Below, piece after piece: positions 1 through 13,204 of a stretch of 64,000 bases of DNA. The stretch is taken from positions 114,217 through 178,216 of the forward strand of contig CAVQJC010000010.1 in the NCBI GenBank assembly GCA_963712745.1, in the 5' to 3' direction. Numbering within the stretch: the first letter of the stretch is position 1; every line of letters starts with the position of its first letter. Position numbers and translations under genes: made by a program. Source of the DNA: an uncultured Chloroflexia bacterium. GTDB taxonomy: Bacteria; Chloroflexota; Limnocylindria; Limnocylindrales; CSP1-4. The notes beneath the pieces are model-generated. The model did not search any database. It saw nothing but the letters and a program-made list of their open reading frames with translations, and was not told where the DNA came from.

Positions 1-1455
1 GGCGCGGGCGAAGAGCACGCGGCGCTCGCTGGGTTCGCCGTCCACGACGCACGTGCCGGGCTCGTCGGGCGAGTCGAACGGGATGACCCGGATGGTTGCG
101 CCATTCTCGTTGGAGACCGCCTTCTCGCACGCGGCCGAGCCGCACCACGGCGCGAGCAGGAAGCCACCGGATGCGTCAAGCACTTCGGTCATCTCGCCGA
201 GCGTGTCCACCGAATGGGTATTCTCCACCTGGAAGTCCCTGGCCCGCTCGAAGACCTCTGCCTGGTAGGCCGCGAGCCGCCTGGGCAGCTCGTCTGCCAG
301 AGCAGACAGCGGCACGGAGTCCTTGGCCCGGTCGAGGCGGCGGACGAGCATGGCGGACTCGTTGGCTACGTCGCGCGGTCCGATCTCGAGACGGAAGGGC
401 ACGCCCCGCAGCTCCCAGTGGTTGTACTTGAAGCCAGGCGTCTCCTCGCGCCAGTCGACCTTCAGGCGCAGCGGGCCTGAGACCGTCGCTACCTCTGCGA
501 GCGAGGCCTGTAGTCGCTCGATGGCGACCGCCACCGCCACACGGTCATCCTCGCTGCGGAAGATGGGTACGACGACGACCTGGGTGGGCGCCACGTTGGA
601 CGGCAAGACCAGGCCCGAGTCGTCGCCGTGGGCCATGATCGTGGCTCCGACCATGCGCGTGGAGAAGCCCCACGAGGTGCCGTAGGGATGGACCCGCTCG
701 TTCTTCTGGTCAAGGAAGGTGATGCCGGCTGCCTTGGCGAAGTTCTGGCCGAGCATGTGGCTGGTGCCGGCCTGCAGCGCCTTCTTGTCACGCATCATGG
801 CCTCGACCGCATGCGTGTAGTCGGCCCCGGGGAACGTCTCGGCCGGGCTCTTGCGACCCTGGATGACCGGGATCGCCAGCCACTCCTCGGAGACCTTGAC
901 ATAGCCGGCCAGACCGGTGGCCACTTCCTCGGCCGCCTCCTCCTCCGTGGCGTGGAAGGTGTGAGCCTCCTGCCACAGGAACTCGGCGGTGCGCAGGAAC
1001 AGGCGCGTGCGCATCTCCCAGCGCACGACGTTGTTCCAGGAGTTCATCAACAGCGGCAGGTCCCGGTAGGACTGGATCCAGTCTTTCACGACCTCGGCGA
1101 TGATGGCTTCGCTGGTGGGCCGGATGGCCAGGGGTTCCTCGAGCTCGTTGCCGCCCGCACGGGTGACCCAGGCGACCTGCGGGTCAAAGCCCTCGACGTG
1201 GTCGGCCTCGCGGTCGAGCAGCGACTTGGGCACGAAGAGCGGGAAATAGACGTTGTCGTGCCCGGTGGCCTTGATGTAGCGGTCCAGCTCGTCGCGCATC
1301 GACTCCCAGATGGCGAAACCGTAGGGACGGATGATCATGCAGCCCCGCACCGGCGAGTAGCTGGCCAGCTGCGCCTTCAGGACGACGTCGTTGTACCAGC
1401 CGGGGAAATCCACCGACTGAGCGGTCAGCTCACTGACGAAACCGGACTTGGACAC
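1..1455 (-). CDS. proS: Proline--tRNA ligase, archaeal/eukaryotic type; last codon(s) lie outside the window
   Basis: Manual translation from GTG at 1455 (GGAGG upstream): MSKSGFVSELTAQSVDFPGWYNDVVLKAQLASYSPVRGCMIIRPYGFAIWE. The same frame ends RRVLFARA at position 1, matching the family's C-terminal FARAY. Confidence 0.95.
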   Translation of the reverse strand, partial: MSKSGFVSELTAQSVDFPGWYNDVVLKAQLASYSPVRGCMIIRPYGFAIWESMRDELDRYIKATGHDNVYFPLFVPKSLLDREADHVEGFDPQVAWVTRAGGNELEEPLAIRPTSEAIIAEVVKDWIQSYRDLPLLMNSWNNVVRWEMRTRLFLRTAEFLWQEAHTFHATEEEAAEEVATGLAGYVKVSEEWLAIPVIQGRKSPAETFPGADYTHAVEAMMRDKKALQAGTSHMLGQNFAKAAGITFLDQKNERVHPYGTSWGFSTRMVGATIMAHGDDSGLVLPSNVAPTQVVVVPIFRSEDDRVAVAVAIERLQASLAEVATVSGPLRLKVDWREETPGFKYNHWELRGVPFRLEIGPRDVANESAMLVRRLDRAKDSVPLSALADELPRRLAAYQAEVFERARDFQVENTHSVDTLGEMTEVLDASGGFLLAPWCGSAACEKAVSNENGATIRVIPFDSPDEPGTCVVDGEPSERRVLFARA

Positions 1456-1521
1456 AGGGCCTCCTGGTGGGTCGATGGTGCGGGCGTTGGAGAATCGTAG
1501 CGCAGCGGCCCGGCCGCGGCG

Positions 1522-2754
1522 CTACCCGACCGGCGCGCCGTAGCGGCGATCGACGTAGTCCTCGAGGATGCCGATGAACTCGTCGACCAGGCCATCACCA
1601 CGGAGCGTCTCGCGGAGCGCGCCGTCGATGAAGACGGGCGCCTTGGGCTCTTCGAACGTGCCTGGCAGGCTGATGCCGATGTCGGCGTGCTTCGACTCGC
1701 CGGGCCCGTTGACCACGCAGCCCATGACCGCCACCGACATGTCCTCCACACCGGGATAGCGCTCGGACCAGGCGGGCATGCGTTCGGCGATATGAGCCTC
1801 GATCGACTGGGCCATCTCCTGGAAGAACGTGCTCGTGGTTCGGCCGCAGCCCGGACAGGCCGAGACTTGCGGGCGGAACGAGCGCATTCCCAGCGACTGC
1901 AGCACCTGCATCGCGACCCGCACCTCCTCGGTGCGATCGCCTCCGGGCTGGGGCGTGAGCGAGACGCGGATGGTGTCGCCGATGCCCTCGTCGAGCAGGA
2001 TGGCCAGGCCGGCCGTCGAGGCCACCGTGCCCTTCATGCCCATGCCCGCCTCCGTCAGACCCAGGTGCAACGGGTAGTCACAGCGGCGGGCCAGCTCGCG
2101 GTAGACGTCAACGAGGTCGCGCACGCCGCTGACCTTGGCGCTGATGATGATGCGATCGTGTGCCAGAGCGGTGGCTTCCGCCAGCTCGGCCGAGCGCAGG
2201 GCCGACTGCAGCATGGCCTCGATCATCACCTCGCGCGCCTCCAGCGGCGCGGCGGTGCGGGCGTTGGCGTCCATCAGCTCCGTCAACAGGTCGGCGTCGA
2301 GCGAGCCCCAGTTGACACCGATGCGGACCGGCCGGTCCTGATCGACCGCGACCCGCACGATGGTGGCGAAGTTCTCGTCGCGACGCTTGGAGCCGACGTT
2401 GCCGGGGTTGATGCGGTACTTGGCCAGGGCCCCCGCCATCTCGGGGTGCTCGACGAGCAGCTGGTGGCCGTTGTAGTGGAAGTCGCCGATGAGCGGCACG
2501 CCGATGCCGAGATCGTCGAGCTTGCGGCGGATGACCGGCACGGCCTGTGCGGCCGCGTCGTTGTTGACGGTGATGCGCACGAGCTCGGAGCCTGCGTGCG
2601 CCAGGGCCGCCACCTGCAGCGCCGTGGCATCGGCGTCGGCGGTATCGGTATTGGTCATCGACTGCACCACCACCGGCTCGCCGGAACCGATGCCGACGCC
2701 GCCGACATCGACCCGGATCGTCTGACGCCGCTGCGGCCGGGCGTCAGGGCTCAT
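1522..2754 (-). CDS. ispG: (E)-4-hydroxy-3-methylbut-2-enyl-diphosphate synthase
   Basis: [42 protein letters not shown] and [12 protein letters not shown] motifs. Confidence 0.97.
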   Translation of the reverse strand: MSPDARPQRRQTIRVDVGGVGIGSGEPVVVQSMTNTDTADADATALQVAALAHAGSELVRITVNNDAAAQAVPVIRRKLDDLGIGVPLIGDFHYNGHQLLVEHPEMAGALAKYRINPGNVGSKRRDENFATIVRVAVDQDRPVRIGVNWGSLDADLLTELMDANARTAAPLEAREVMIEAMLQSALRSAELAEATALAHDRIIISAKVSGVRDLVDVYRELARRCDYPLHLGLTEAGMGMKGTVASTAGLAILLDEGIGDTIRVSLTPQPGGDRTEEVRVAMQVLQSLGMRSFRPQVSACPGCGRTTSTFFQEMAQSIEAHIAERMPAWSERYPGVEDMSVAVMGCVVNGPGESKHADIGISLPGTFEEPKAPVFIDGALRETLRGDGLVDEFIGILEDYVDRRYGAPVG

Positions 2755-4020
2755 GCCAGCATCCGTTGGATATCGGAGAACGTGACCACCACCAGGAAGA
2801 CCATCAGGGCTACCCAGCCGGTGAAGTAGACCAGGCGCTCGGTGGCCGGGCTGACGCGGTTGCCGCTGGCCGCCTGCACCACGCCCATGACCATGCGGCT
2901 GCCATCCAGTGGCGGGATGGGCAGCGCGTTGATGACCGCCAGGTTGGCCGAGAGCAGACCCACGAACCAGAGCAGGAAGACCGGCGGCAGAGAAGTGCGC
3001 ACGTTGCCGACGACGTCAACGATGCCCACAGGGCCGGCCACATCATCGAGGCCGTCACCGGAGCCGCTGAGCAGCGAGACGAAGATGTTGCCGACCGCGC
3101 GCAGGATGAGCGTGGAGGTCTCGACGGTCATGCGCACGCCGATGGCCGCCGCATCGAGGAACCCGTTCTGCTGCTCACCGAAGTCGGCCGGGCCCTGGCG
3201 GAAGCCGAGCGCACCCAATCCGGCCTCGATCTCTTCGGCCGAGCGCAGGGTGGCCTCGATCTCATCCACGCTGCCGTCGGCGCGCTCGATGGTGAGAGCG
3301 ACGGTCTCGCCCGGCCGGTCGGCCAGGTACTGGATGGGCGTGATGCGGCCGCTGGCGGCCGCATCGGTGCGGGCAAGGTCGTCGAACACGGGGAAGGTCT
3401 GGCCGTCGATGGCCACGATGAGGTCGCCGCTCCGGTCGTACACGGGATACGGGATCGACCTCGCCGGTGGGGTTCCCATCGTCGTCCAGCACGGTGAACA
3501 GGTCGTACTCGATGAGCTGGCCGCCGACGAGGCCAGCCGCGGACGCCGGCGAGTCGGGCATGACCTCGGCCATGCGCACCTTCCATGTCGGCTCTGCCAT
3601 GAAGGCGATCAAGGTGAAGATGATCCAGGCCAGGACGAAGTTCACGAGAACGCCCGCGACGAGGATGAGCAACCGCGTGATGAGCGGCTGGTTGGAGAAC
3701 GCGCGCGGATCGAGCGACTCGACGTCGTCGGCCCGCTCGGGCTCGAGCGTCGCCTCCTCGTCGGCCTCGGGAGTGCCGTCGGCGGGGCTGACCTCCTCCC
3801 CTTCCATGCGCACGAAGCCGCCGATGGGCAGCCAGTTGAGCGTGTAGGTGGTGTCCCCGCGCTTGAAGAGAACGCGGGCCCGCGGCGGGAAGCCGATTCC
3901 GAACTCGTGGACCTTGACACCGGCCATGCGTGCCGCCACGAAGTGACCCAGCTCGTGGACCAGCACGAGGCCGGTCAGCAAGGTCAGCAGGATGACGATG
4001 TTGACGAGCATGTCGATCAT
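2751..4020 (-). CDS. rseP: RIP/M50 intramembrane zinc metalloprotease; +1 frameshift near 3457
   Basis: HELGH and LPIGGFVRM in ORF 3262..4020; [10 protein letters not shown] in ORF 2751..3479. Removing one base at ~3457 joins them (GEVIPYPVYD). Gene order dxr-rseP-ispG is conserved. Confidence 0.9.
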
Positions 4021-5249
4021 GCCGCCGTCCCTTCGGGGGCCGAGCGCGCCCAGGCACGGACCTCGGCGTCGATGGCTTCGAGCTCTTCGAGCCCGGGAGC
4101 GTGGCGGACGCTGAAGCGCTCGACGGCGGTCTCCACCAGGCGGGCCATACCCGGGTAGCTGAGGCTGCCGCCGAGGAAGCGCTCGACCGCGACGTCATCG
4201 GCCGCGATGAGCGCGGCGGTCGCGCCAGGACCGGCCTTGCCCGCAGCGCGTGCGATGGGGACCGCCGGGAAGCGGGCTTCGTCGGGGGCGGCGAAGGTCA
4301 TCAGGGGATGCTCCGTGAGATCGAGTCGTGGGGCCGGTCCGGCCGCACGCCGGGGGTAGGTGACGGCGTACTGGATGGGGATGCGCATGTCGGGCAGGCC
4401 CAACTGGGCCTTGAGCGAGCCATCGATGAACTCGACGAAGGAGTGGACCAGGCTCTGGGGGTGGATGATCACGTCGATGTCCTCGTAGGGCACATCGTAT
4501 AGCCAGTGCGCCTCGATGACCTCCAGGCCCTTATTCATGAGCGTGGCCGAGTCGATGGTGATCTTGGCGCCCATGACCCAGTTGGGGTGCTTGAGCGCAT
4601 CCTCTGGGCGCGCACCGGCCATGCGCTCGGTGCTCCAATCGCGGAACGGGCCGCCGGAAGCGGTGAGGATGAGCCGCGAGACGACATCAAGCTCCTCGCC
4701 CACGAGGCACTGCCAGATGGCCGAATGCTCGGAGTCGATGGGCCGCAGCCAGGCCAGCGGCGAGGCCTTCGGGTCGGCCGGGTCACGGCCCTCGGCTTCG
4801 GCTGCGCGGGCGCGGGCCAGGGGCATCACCAGGTGTCCAGCGGATACGAGCGTTTCCTTGTTGGCCGTGGCCACGACCTTGCCCGCCGCCAGCGCGGCCA
4901 GCACCGGACGCAGGCTGACGACACCGCCGGTGGCGATGATGACCAGGTCGACGTCATCTCTGACGGCCATCTGCGTGAGGGCGTCGTCCGCATCGAGTCG
5001 GGCGGTCCCGTCAGGCACATCCAGCCTCGCCGCAGCATCCGGGTCAGCCAGCGAGGCCACGCGTGGACGGAGCAGCGCGGCCTGTTCGGATAGCTTCGCC
5101 GCGTCTCGGCCGGCCGCCAGGGCCACCACGTCGAACGATCCCGCCTCCGCGGACGTCAGCACGTCCACGGTCTGGCGGCCGATGGAGCCGGTCGAACCCA
5201 GCAGAGCCACGCCCGTGCGCTCGTTCCGCTCCCCCGTTGGAGCGTCCAT
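4017..5249 (-). CDS. dxr: 1-deoxy-D-xylulose-5-phosphate reductoisomerase
   Basis: LLGSTGSIG, ATANKETLV, PIDSEHSAIWQ, LTASGGPFR and HPNWVMGAKITIDSATLMNKGLE motifs. Start placed at the ATG overlapping the cdsA stop. Confidence 0.96.
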   Translation of the reverse strand: MDAPTGERNERTGVALLGSTGSIGRQTVDVLTSAEAGSFDVVALAAGRDAAKLSEQAALLRPRVASLADPDAAARLDVPDGTARLDADDALTQMAVRDDVDLVIIATGGVVSLRPVLAALAAGKVVATANKETLVSAGHLVMPLARARAAEAEGRDPADPKASPLAWLRPIDSEHSAIWQCLVGEELDVVSRLILTASGGPFRDWSTERMAGARPEDALKHPNWVMGAKITIDSATLMNKGLEVIEAHWLYDVPYEDIDVIIHPQSLVHSFVEFIDGSLKAQLGLPDMRIPIQYAVTYPRRAAGPAPRLDLTEHPLMTFAAPDEARFPAVPIARAAGKAGPGATAALIAADDVAVERFLGGSLSYPGMARLVETAVERFSVRHAPGLEELEAIDAEVRAWARSAPEGTAA

Positions 5250-6079
5250 CACGAGCCGACGATGAGCAGGTAGGCGTAGACGACCGGTGCGGCGAAGAGG
5301 AAGGAGTCGGTGCGGTCGAGGATACCGCCGTGCCCGGGGATGAGGTTGCCCGAATCCTTGGCCCCGGCCGTGCGCTTGAGCATCGACTCCGCCACGTCCC
5401 CGGACTGGCCGGCGATGGCCACCAGCAGGCCCATCAAGAGGCCGCCGACGAGCAGTTGTCCCGCGGCCGAGGCCAGCACGCCACCGACGATGACGGCGGC
5501 TACCGTCCCGCCGATCACACCACTCCAGGTCTTGTTGGGCGAGATGTGGTTGAGGAATCGCCCCTTCTTGAAGGTGCGACCCGAGAGGTAGGCGAACGTG
5601 TCGAAGGACCAGACTGTCAGCACCAGCACCAGCAGCCAGGTCTGCCCGGCGCTGAAGTAGCCATGTAGCAGGGCGCCTTCGGGGATGGCTGGAGCGGCCA
5701 CCAGGATGGCCGCCATGAACGCCAGCAACGAGGCGTATACGGCCCCGAAGCTGCCGCCGACCCAGGCCAGGAAGCCGTCGCGGACCTCCGGGCGACGGAA
5801 GGCATCCATGGCGAGGATGACCAGCACAGCGGCCATGTAGACCGCGACCCAGCCGGCGTCGACGACGTCGAGGCCCATGGCCAGCACCAGCATCGGAGGC
5901 AGGACCACGCCGGGCAGGAGTCGCACCGGAAAGCCCGCGGGGGGCAACAGGCGGAAGGCCTCCACTGCAGCGAGCAGGGAGAGCGCGGCGATGCCCAAGG
6001 TGAGCCACGGCTGGCCGGCCACGAAGAAGACGATGACGACGACGGCGATGACTGCCGCGGAGATGGCCCGCTCACGCAT
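5249..6079 (-). CDS. cdsA: Phosphatidate cytidylyltransferase
   Basis: Hydrophobic protein with ISPNKTWSG, GDVAESMLKR, KDSGNLIPGHGGILDRTDS. Confidence 0.96.
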   Translation of the reverse strand: MRERAISAAVIAVVVIVFFVAGQPWLTLGIAALSLLAAVEAFRLLPPAGFPVRLLPGVVLPPMLVLAMGLDVVDAGWVAVYMAAVLVILAMDAFRRPEVRDGFLAWVGGSFGAVYASLLAFMAAILVAAPAIPEGALLHGYFSAGQTWLLVLVLTVWSFDTFAYLSGRTFKKGRFLNHISPNKTWSGVIGGTVAAVIVGGVLASAAGQLLVGGLLMGLLVAIAGQSGDVAESMLKRTAGAKDSGNLIPGHGGILDRTDSFLFAAPVVYAYLLIVGS

Positions 6080-6090
6080 GGGCTGAGGTC

Positions 6091-6834
6091 CTAGCGCCCG
6101 AAGCGGCGGGCACGGCTGGCGTACTCGGCCACCGCCGCGTCGAGCTCAGCCGGTCCGAAGTCGGGCCAGTAGCGGTCACAGAAGTAAAGCTCGGCGTAGG
6201 CCGCCTGCCACAGCAGGAAGTTGCTCACGCGCTGGTCGCCTCCGGTACGGACGAGCAGGTCCGGATCGGGCAGGCCGGCGGTGTAGAGGTAGTCGGAGAG
6301 GGCCTGCTCGTCGAGATCGGCAAGGTTGTTGCCATCATCGACGTAGGCCCGCACAGCATCGACGATCTCCGAGCGCGACGAGTAGTTGAAGGCCACGTTG
6401 AGGACCATGCGTTGCCCGCCGGCGGTGGCCAGGATGGCCTCCTCGATCGAGGCACGCGTGGCCGGGGGGAGCTCCTCCAGCCGGCCGGCCAGCCGGACCT
6501 GGACACCTTCCTCGATAAGCTTCGGAGTCTCGTCGCGGATGGCGGCCTCCAGCAGGCCGATGAGCGTCTCGATCTCGTGGTTGGAGCGCCGCCAGTTCTC
6601 GCGGCTGAAGGCGTAGATGGTGAGAGCCTCTATGCCCAGCGCGACAGCGTGCTCGACGATGGGCCGGATGGCCTCGACGCCGGCGGCGTGCCCCTGAGCC
6701 TCGGGCACACCGTGCTCGCGAGCCCAGCGGCGATTGCCGTCCATGATGATGGCGACGTGCCGGGGCACACGCCCACCCTGGGCCGGGCGGACGTTCGCTT
6801 CGTCCATGCGCTGCGTCACCGACGGTGCGGCCAC
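6091..6834 (-). CDS. uppS: Undecaprenyl/polyprenyl diphosphate synthase
   Basis: PRHVAIIMDGNRRWA, YAFSRENWRR, DLLVRTGGDQRVSNFLLWQ. Start may be the later ATG (MDEAN). Confidence 0.96.
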   Translation of the reverse strand: MAAPSVTQRMDEANVRPAQGGRVPRHVAIIMDGNRRWAREHGVPEAQGHAAGVEAIRPIVEHAVALGIEALTIYAFSRENWRRSNHEIETLIGLLEAAIRDETPKLIEEGVQVRLAGRLEELPPATRASIEEAILATAGGQRMVLNVAFNYSSRSEIVDAVRAYVDDGNNLADLDEQALSDYLYTAGLPDPDLLVRTGGDQRVSNFLLWQAAYAELYFCDRYWPDFGPAELDAAVAEYASRARRFGR

Positions 6835-8758
<1,924 letters not shown>

Positions 8759-8787
8759 GCTCGTGGCTATCCCTTTCGTTGGTGCTG

Positions 8788-9858
8788 CTAGGAGGCCGCC
8801 TCGGCGGTAGCCTCCTCCTTCTCTTCGGTGTCATCGGCCGGGGTCGGCTCGGCGGCAGCCTCCGACACTGCGGCGACCGGAGCTTCGGCCGCGGGCTCCT
8901 GGGCCGCGGGCTCCTCTGCCGCGGGCTCCTCTGCCCTGGCCTCCTGAGCCGCGGGCTCCTCTGCCGCGGGCTCCTGGACCGCGGGCTCCTGGGCATCGGC
9001 AGCGGGGGCGGCCTCAGCGGTCTCTTCGCCCGGCAGGACGGCTTCGTCCTCGTCGGGCTCAGGTGCGAAGCTGTAGGTGCCACCTGCAGCGACCGCGGCG
9101 ACCATCTCGTCGCTGGCGGTCTCAGCATCGCTGACCTCGGCGCCCAGCGGCGGCTCCTCGGCGGCACGAGCGGCGCGCTGGCCCATGCCCTCGATGGCGG
9201 CATCGGCCACGAGCTTGCAGAGCAGTCGGATCGAGCGGATGGCGTCGTCGTTGGCGGGGATGATGAAGTCGATCAAGTCGGGGTCGACGTTGGTATCACC
9301 GGTGGCGATGACCGGGATCTCCAGGCGGCGCGCCTCGGTCACGGCGATCTTCTCGCGCACCGGGTCGACCACGAAGATGGCGCCCGGCAGGCGACGCATC
9401 TTGCGCACGCCGCCGAGCTTCAGCTGCAGACGAGCCATCTCGTCAGTGAGGCGCGAGGCCTCCTTCTTCGACAGCCGGTCGAGATCGCCGCTGGTCTGGC
9501 GGGCCTCGAGCTGGTCAAGCAGGCCCACGCGCTTGCGGATGGTCACGAAGTTGGTGAGCATGCCGCCCAGCCAGCGGTGGTTGACGTAGGGCATCTCGGA
9601 CCGCGTAGCTTCGTCGCGGACCGGCTCCTGGGCCTGCTTCTTGGTGCCCACGAAGAGGATGTAGTCGCCGTTCGAGACGGTGTCGCTGACGAAGTCGAGC
9701 GCATTCTCGAGAAGCTTGGCGGTCTGGGCCAGGTCGATGATGTGGATGCCGTTGCGCTCCGCGAAGATGTACGGCTTCATCTTGGGATTCCAGCGGCGAG
9801 TCTGGTGCCCGAAGTGGACACCAGCTTCAAGCAGCTGGCGCATCGAGATGGACGGCAT
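8788..9858 (-). CDS. rpsB: 30S ribosomal protein S2 with long acidic C-terminal tail
   Basis: [38 protein letters not shown]. Confidence 0.98.
   Translation of the reverse strand: MPSISMRQLLEAGVHFGHQTRRWNPKMKPYIFAERNGIHIIDLAQTAKLLENALDFVSDTVSNGDYILFVGTKKQAQEPVRDEATRSEMPYVNHRWLGGMLTNFVTIRKRVGLLDQLEARQTSGDLDRLSKKEASRLTDEMARLQLKLGGVRKMRRLPGAIFVVDPVREKIAVTEARRLEIPVIATGDTNVDPDLIDFIIPANDDAIRSIRLLCKLVADAAIEGMGQRAARAAEEPPLGAEVSDAETASDEMVAAVAAGGTYSFAPEPDEDEAVLPGEETAEAAPAADAQEPAVQEPAAEEPAAQEARAEEPAAEEPAAQEPAAEAPVAAVSEAAAEPTPADDTEEKEEATAEAAS
8888..8992. repeat. ~7 x 15-bp tandem repeat (GCCGCGGGCTCCTNN) encoding (E/Q)EPAA in the S2 tail
   Basis: Repeated gccgcgggctcct units read directly from the sequence. 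Confidence 0.85.
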
Positions 9859-9878
9859 GGGGCGTGGACCTCCTGTAC

Positions 9879-9968
9879 GGTTCTGCCTCCGCGTGCCTCA
9901 TAGTCCGCAGACCGTCGGCCATGATGGGCCGCACGGCACCCCTGCGGGGAGCGGTACGCGTGTGTGAT
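9879..9968 (-). ncRNA. rpsB leader (t44 / S2-binding autoregulatory RNA)
   Basis: Minus strand reads CACACACGCG...GGGGTGCC...TATGAGGCACGCGGAGGCAGAACC just upstream of rpsB, carrying the ACACAC, GGGGTGC and GGAGGC blocks known from the rpsB leader. Confidence 0.8.
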
Positions 9969-10079
9969 ACGCAGCGGATGCTGCGCTCCGGACTCGTCAG
10001 AGCGAGCCCGCGGGAGGATATCACGAAGGGGCCCGAACCCGTCCCCGATGCCCAAGTGACACCGGCGAGGCAGCCACGT

Positions 10080-10523
10080 TCAGGGCGGGACCAGACCGCA
10101 CAGGTGAGACTCGACCGACCAGGCACCTCCGCTGGTTCGGCCGAGCGTGACCAGGTCCACACGCCATCGCGGAGCGCCGACCCGATCGATATCGAGCGCA
10201 CCATGGCCAGCACGACGCAGCCTCATGGTCGCGCGGTAGAGCCGGGCGACCTTGCGCGCATCGACCGATTCGACGGCCTGCCCGTAGCGGCGACCCGAGC
10301 GCGATCGAACCTCCACCACCACGACCGTCTCGCGGGGCCGCGGATCGAGGGCGATGATGTCGAGCTCGTCCTGGCCGACGCGGATGTTGCGCGCGAGGAT
10401 CGTCCAGCCCAGGCTTTGCAGGTAGGCAGCCGCGGCCGCTTCGGCGGCCGCCCCCACGGCCCCCCGCGGTCCGGCCGGCGGCTGCGCTGAGGGCGCGGGT
10501 CGTCCCCGTGGTGGTCGGGCCAT
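10080..10523 (-). CDS. yraN: YraN (UPF0102) family endonuclease
   Basis: GAAAEAAAAAYL..GWTILARN..ELDIIA..VVVEVRSR..ESVDARK; typical neighbour of rnhB. Confidence 0.88.
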   Translation of the reverse strand: MARPPRGRPAPSAQPPAGPRGAVGAAAEAAAAAYLQSLGWTILARNIRVGQDELDIIALDPRPRETVVVVEVRSRSGRRYGQAVESVDARKVARLYRATMRLRRAGHGALDIDRVGAPRWRVDLVTLGRTSGGAWSVESHLCGLVPP

Positions 10524-10568
10524 GGGGTGATGGTGAGACCGGGCCCATGGCGGCTGCTTACCTCTTGC

Positions 10569-11276
10569 TTAGCTCTGACTCGACCGGCTCTCCCGCGGGT
10601 CGTCGTCGCGCTCGGCCAGGGTGCCGTCGAGGTCCAGGCTGAGCTGGTCACCTTCGAGGATGGCGCGGATGCGCTGGTAGGTGCGCCGGTGGTGGGGGCT
10701 GATACCCAGTGTCCGCAGGCCGGTCACATGGTCCCGAGTGGCGTAGCCGGCGTTGTGCTCCCAGCCATAGCCTGGATAGCGCAGCGCCAGCCGAGCCAGC
10801 AACCGGTCACGGGTGACCTTGGCGATGATCGAGGCACAGGCGATGGCATAGGACGAGGCATCACCCTTGACGATGGGCGTATACGGCCCGATGTGTTCCT
10901 CAATGCCCGTGATCTTCTGGCCATCGATGAGCACATGGTCGTAGGGCGGCAGGCGGCGGAGGGCACGACGCATGGCCAGATGGGCGGCGTTGCGCACGTT
11001 GAGGGTCTCGATCTCGGCGACGGAGGCGGCGCCGATGCCCCAGGCCAGGCTGCGCTGCTTGATCTCGTCCGCGAGGCGCTCCCGCTGGGCTGCGCTGAGC
11101 GTCTTGGAGTCGCGCACGCCCTTGACCTTGCGGGCGTGGGGCCTGACCAGCACGGCAGCGGCCACGACCGGCGCGCAGAGGGCCCCGGTACCGACCTCAT
11201 CGACGCCCACGACCAGGCGCGAACCGTCGCGCCAGAGCGCGAACTCGGCCTTGAGGTGGGGCTGACGGGGCGACAC
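10569..11276 (-). CDS. rnhB: Ribonuclease HII
   Basis: VVGVDEVG, VRDSKTLS, VLIDG, IVKGDA, IACASIIAKVTRD. Confidence 0.95.
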   Translation of the reverse strand: MSPRQPHLKAEFALWRDGSRLVVGVDEVGTGALCAPVVAAAVLVRPHARKVKGVRDSKTLSAAQRERLADEIKQRSLAWGIGAASVAEIETLNVRNAAHLAMRRALRRLPPYDHVLIDGQKITGIEEHIGPYTPIVKGDASSYAIACASIIAKVTRDRLLARLALRYPGYGWEHNAGYATRDHVTGLRTLGISPHHRRTYQRIRAILEGDQLSLDLDGTLAERDDDPRESRSSQS

Positions 11277-11372
11277 TGCCCGATGCTACCGCCGTCCTGG
11301 ACAGGCAGAGCTCCGGGCGAACCCGATCAGGCGAACGCCGGGAGCGACCGCAGCCCCGCCGCGGCGACGGGA

Positions 11373-11717
11373 CTAGGCGCGGCGCTCGCGGAGGGTGGCG
11401 GCCTTGCCGACGCGCTTGCGCAGGAAGTAGAGCTGCTTGCGGCGGACGACGCCGTGCCGCACGATCTGGATCTTCTCGATGCGCGGCGAGTTCACCTTGA
11501 AGGTGCGCTCCACGCCGACGCCGCTGCGCAGGGCGCGGACGGTGATGGAGCGGGTGATGCCGCCACCACGCATACGCATGACGGTGCCCTCGAAGACCTG
11601 GATGCGCTCGCGATTGCCCTCTACCACCTTCACCGAGACGCGCACGGTGTCACCGGGCTGGATCTCCGGCAGGTCGGTTCGGATCTGGTCGGCGACGATC
11701 TCGTCGAGAACGGTCAC
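11373..11717 (-). CDS. rplS: 50S ribosomal protein L19
   Basis: [34 protein letters not shown]; GTG start at 11717. Confidence 0.97.
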   Translation of the reverse strand: MTVLDEIVADQIRTDLPEIQPGDTVRVSVKVVEGNRERIQVFEGTVMRMRGGGITRSITVRALRSGVGVERTFKVNSPRIEKIQIVRHGVVRRKQLYFLRKRVGKAATLRERRA

Positions 11718-11849
11718 TTGGGTCACTTCCTGGTGCTGGTGCCACGACCGCATCGAATGCAGTGGGCATGCGTGGGCGGGGTCTATCCGGCTGGGTCGAT
11801 GGCGGAGTATAGCAGGCCCGTCGTCCGACGCGGTCAGCCGTGTGATTGC

Positions 11850-12539
11850 TCAGCCGGCTCGGTCGGCCTCCCCGGGCAGCAGGTCCGGCCGGTTCCGTCG
11901 CGTCCGCTCGAGGGCCTGCTCATGGCGCCACTCGTCCACGGCGCCATGGTTGCCCGACACGAGGATCTCCGGCACCGACACCCCGCGGAACTCCGGCGGG
12001 CGCGTCCACTGCGGGTACTCGAGCAGGCCCCGCGAGAATGACTCCTCCTCGGTTGAAGCTTCGTCGATGGCTCCCGGCAACAGGCGCAGCACCGCGTCGA
12101 TGACCGCCAGCGCCGGGATCTCGCCGCCCGACACGACGTAGTCGCCGACGGAGAGCTCCAGGTCGACCATCGCGCGCACACGGTCGTCCACACCTTCGTA
12201 GCGCGGGCAGATGAGAACCAGGTGAGCACGTTCGCTGAGATCCTGGGCGCGTGCCTGGCGGAACACCTCACCGCCAGGGTCGAGCAGGATGCGGAAAGCA
12301 GCGGAGCCCTCGGGTGCGACCGCATCGAGCGCATCGGCGAGCGGTTCAGGGCGCAGGATCATGCCGGCACCACCGCCGTAGGGGTAGTCGTCGACCGAGC
12401 GGTGCTTGCCCAGGCCCCACTGGCGCAGGTCGTGGGCGCACAGCTTGGCGAGCCCGCGCTCGAGGGCGCGGCCCGGGATCGATTCGGCCAGGGGCCCGGG
12501 GAAGATGGCGGGGAATAGCGTGATGACGTCGATGCGCAT
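11850..12539 (-). CDS. trmD: tRNA (guanine37-N1)-methyltransferase
   Basis: [41 protein letters not shown]. Confidence 0.97.
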   Translation of the reverse strand: MRIDVITLFPAIFPGPLAESIPGRALERGLAKLCAHDLRQWGLGKHRSVDDYPYGGGAGMILRPEPLADALDAVAPEGSAAFRILLDPGGEVFRQARAQDLSERAHLVLICPRYEGVDDRVRAMVDLELSVGDYVVSGGEIPALAVIDAVLRLLPGAIDEASTEEESFSRGLLEYPQWTRPPEFRGVSVPEILVSGNHGAVDEWRHEQALERTRRNRPDLLPGEADRAG

Positions 12540-13198
12540 CAGGCCGGGTCCTGCGAGCCCGCGGGTTCCTCGGGCACCGCTTCGGAGGCCGGAGCCCCGG
12601 CCTTGGCCTTGCGCGAGGACCTGGCCGCCTTCGCAGCCTTGCGATCGCGGCGAGTGAGCTCGTGGCGGCGGCGGCGACGTGGTGGCTTGTCGGGCAGGTC
12701 CAGTGCGACGGGGTCGATGACGAAGCGGCCGGCCGGGGGGTCGAAGTCGACGACCACGTCCCTGGTGCCAGGCACCAGGATCTCGCCCAGCGGTCCACCC
12801 TGGACCACGTAGACCTCCCCTCCTCCGGCGCGGAAGACGTCGGCCACCTTGCCCAGCGCGTCTCCGGCGGTGGTCACCACCTCGAGGCCCTGGACCTGGT
12901 GCCAGTAGTAGCTTCCCTCGGGCAGCGGCTCGCCCGGTTCGGCCTCCAGGTAGCGGCCGCGCAGGTGTTCGGCCGACTCGCGCGATGGCAGCTCCGAGAA
13001 ACTGACGAGGAGCCCCAGCCTGGCCGGCCCCGTCCAGTCGATGGTCAGCGCCCGGGCGTCGCCCTCGGCGAACACGACGGAGCCGACGGCGAACCGATCG
13101 GGGTCGTCGCTCAGGACCTCGACACGGACGGCGCCTCGAAGCCCGTGGAGTCCGTGCACGAGACCGACCGTGACACGCTCGTCAGCGGGCGTCGCCAC
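12539..13198 (-). CDS. rimM: 16S rRNA processing protein RimM
   Basis: [20 protein letters not shown]; position between khpA and trmD. Confidence 0.93.
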   Translation of the reverse strand: MATPADERVTVGLVHGLHGLRGAVRVEVLSDDPDRFAVGSVVFAEGDARALTIDWTGPARLGLLVSFSELPSRESAEHLRGRYLEAEPGEPLPEGSYYWHQVQGLEVVTTAGDALGKVADVFRAGGGEVYVVQGGPLGEILVPGTRDVVVDFDPPAGRFVIDPVALDLPDKPPRRRRRHELTRRDRKAAKAARSSRKAKAGAPASEAVPEEPAGSQDPA

Positions 13199-13204
13199 GT
13201 CGCG

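Noticed and set aside
5250-6008. Apparent 250-aa N-terminal extension of Dxr, and similar extensions of RluA, NusB and YceD
   Set aside because: These are alternative open frames overlapping the upstream genes. The real starts lie at or near the stop/start overlaps.
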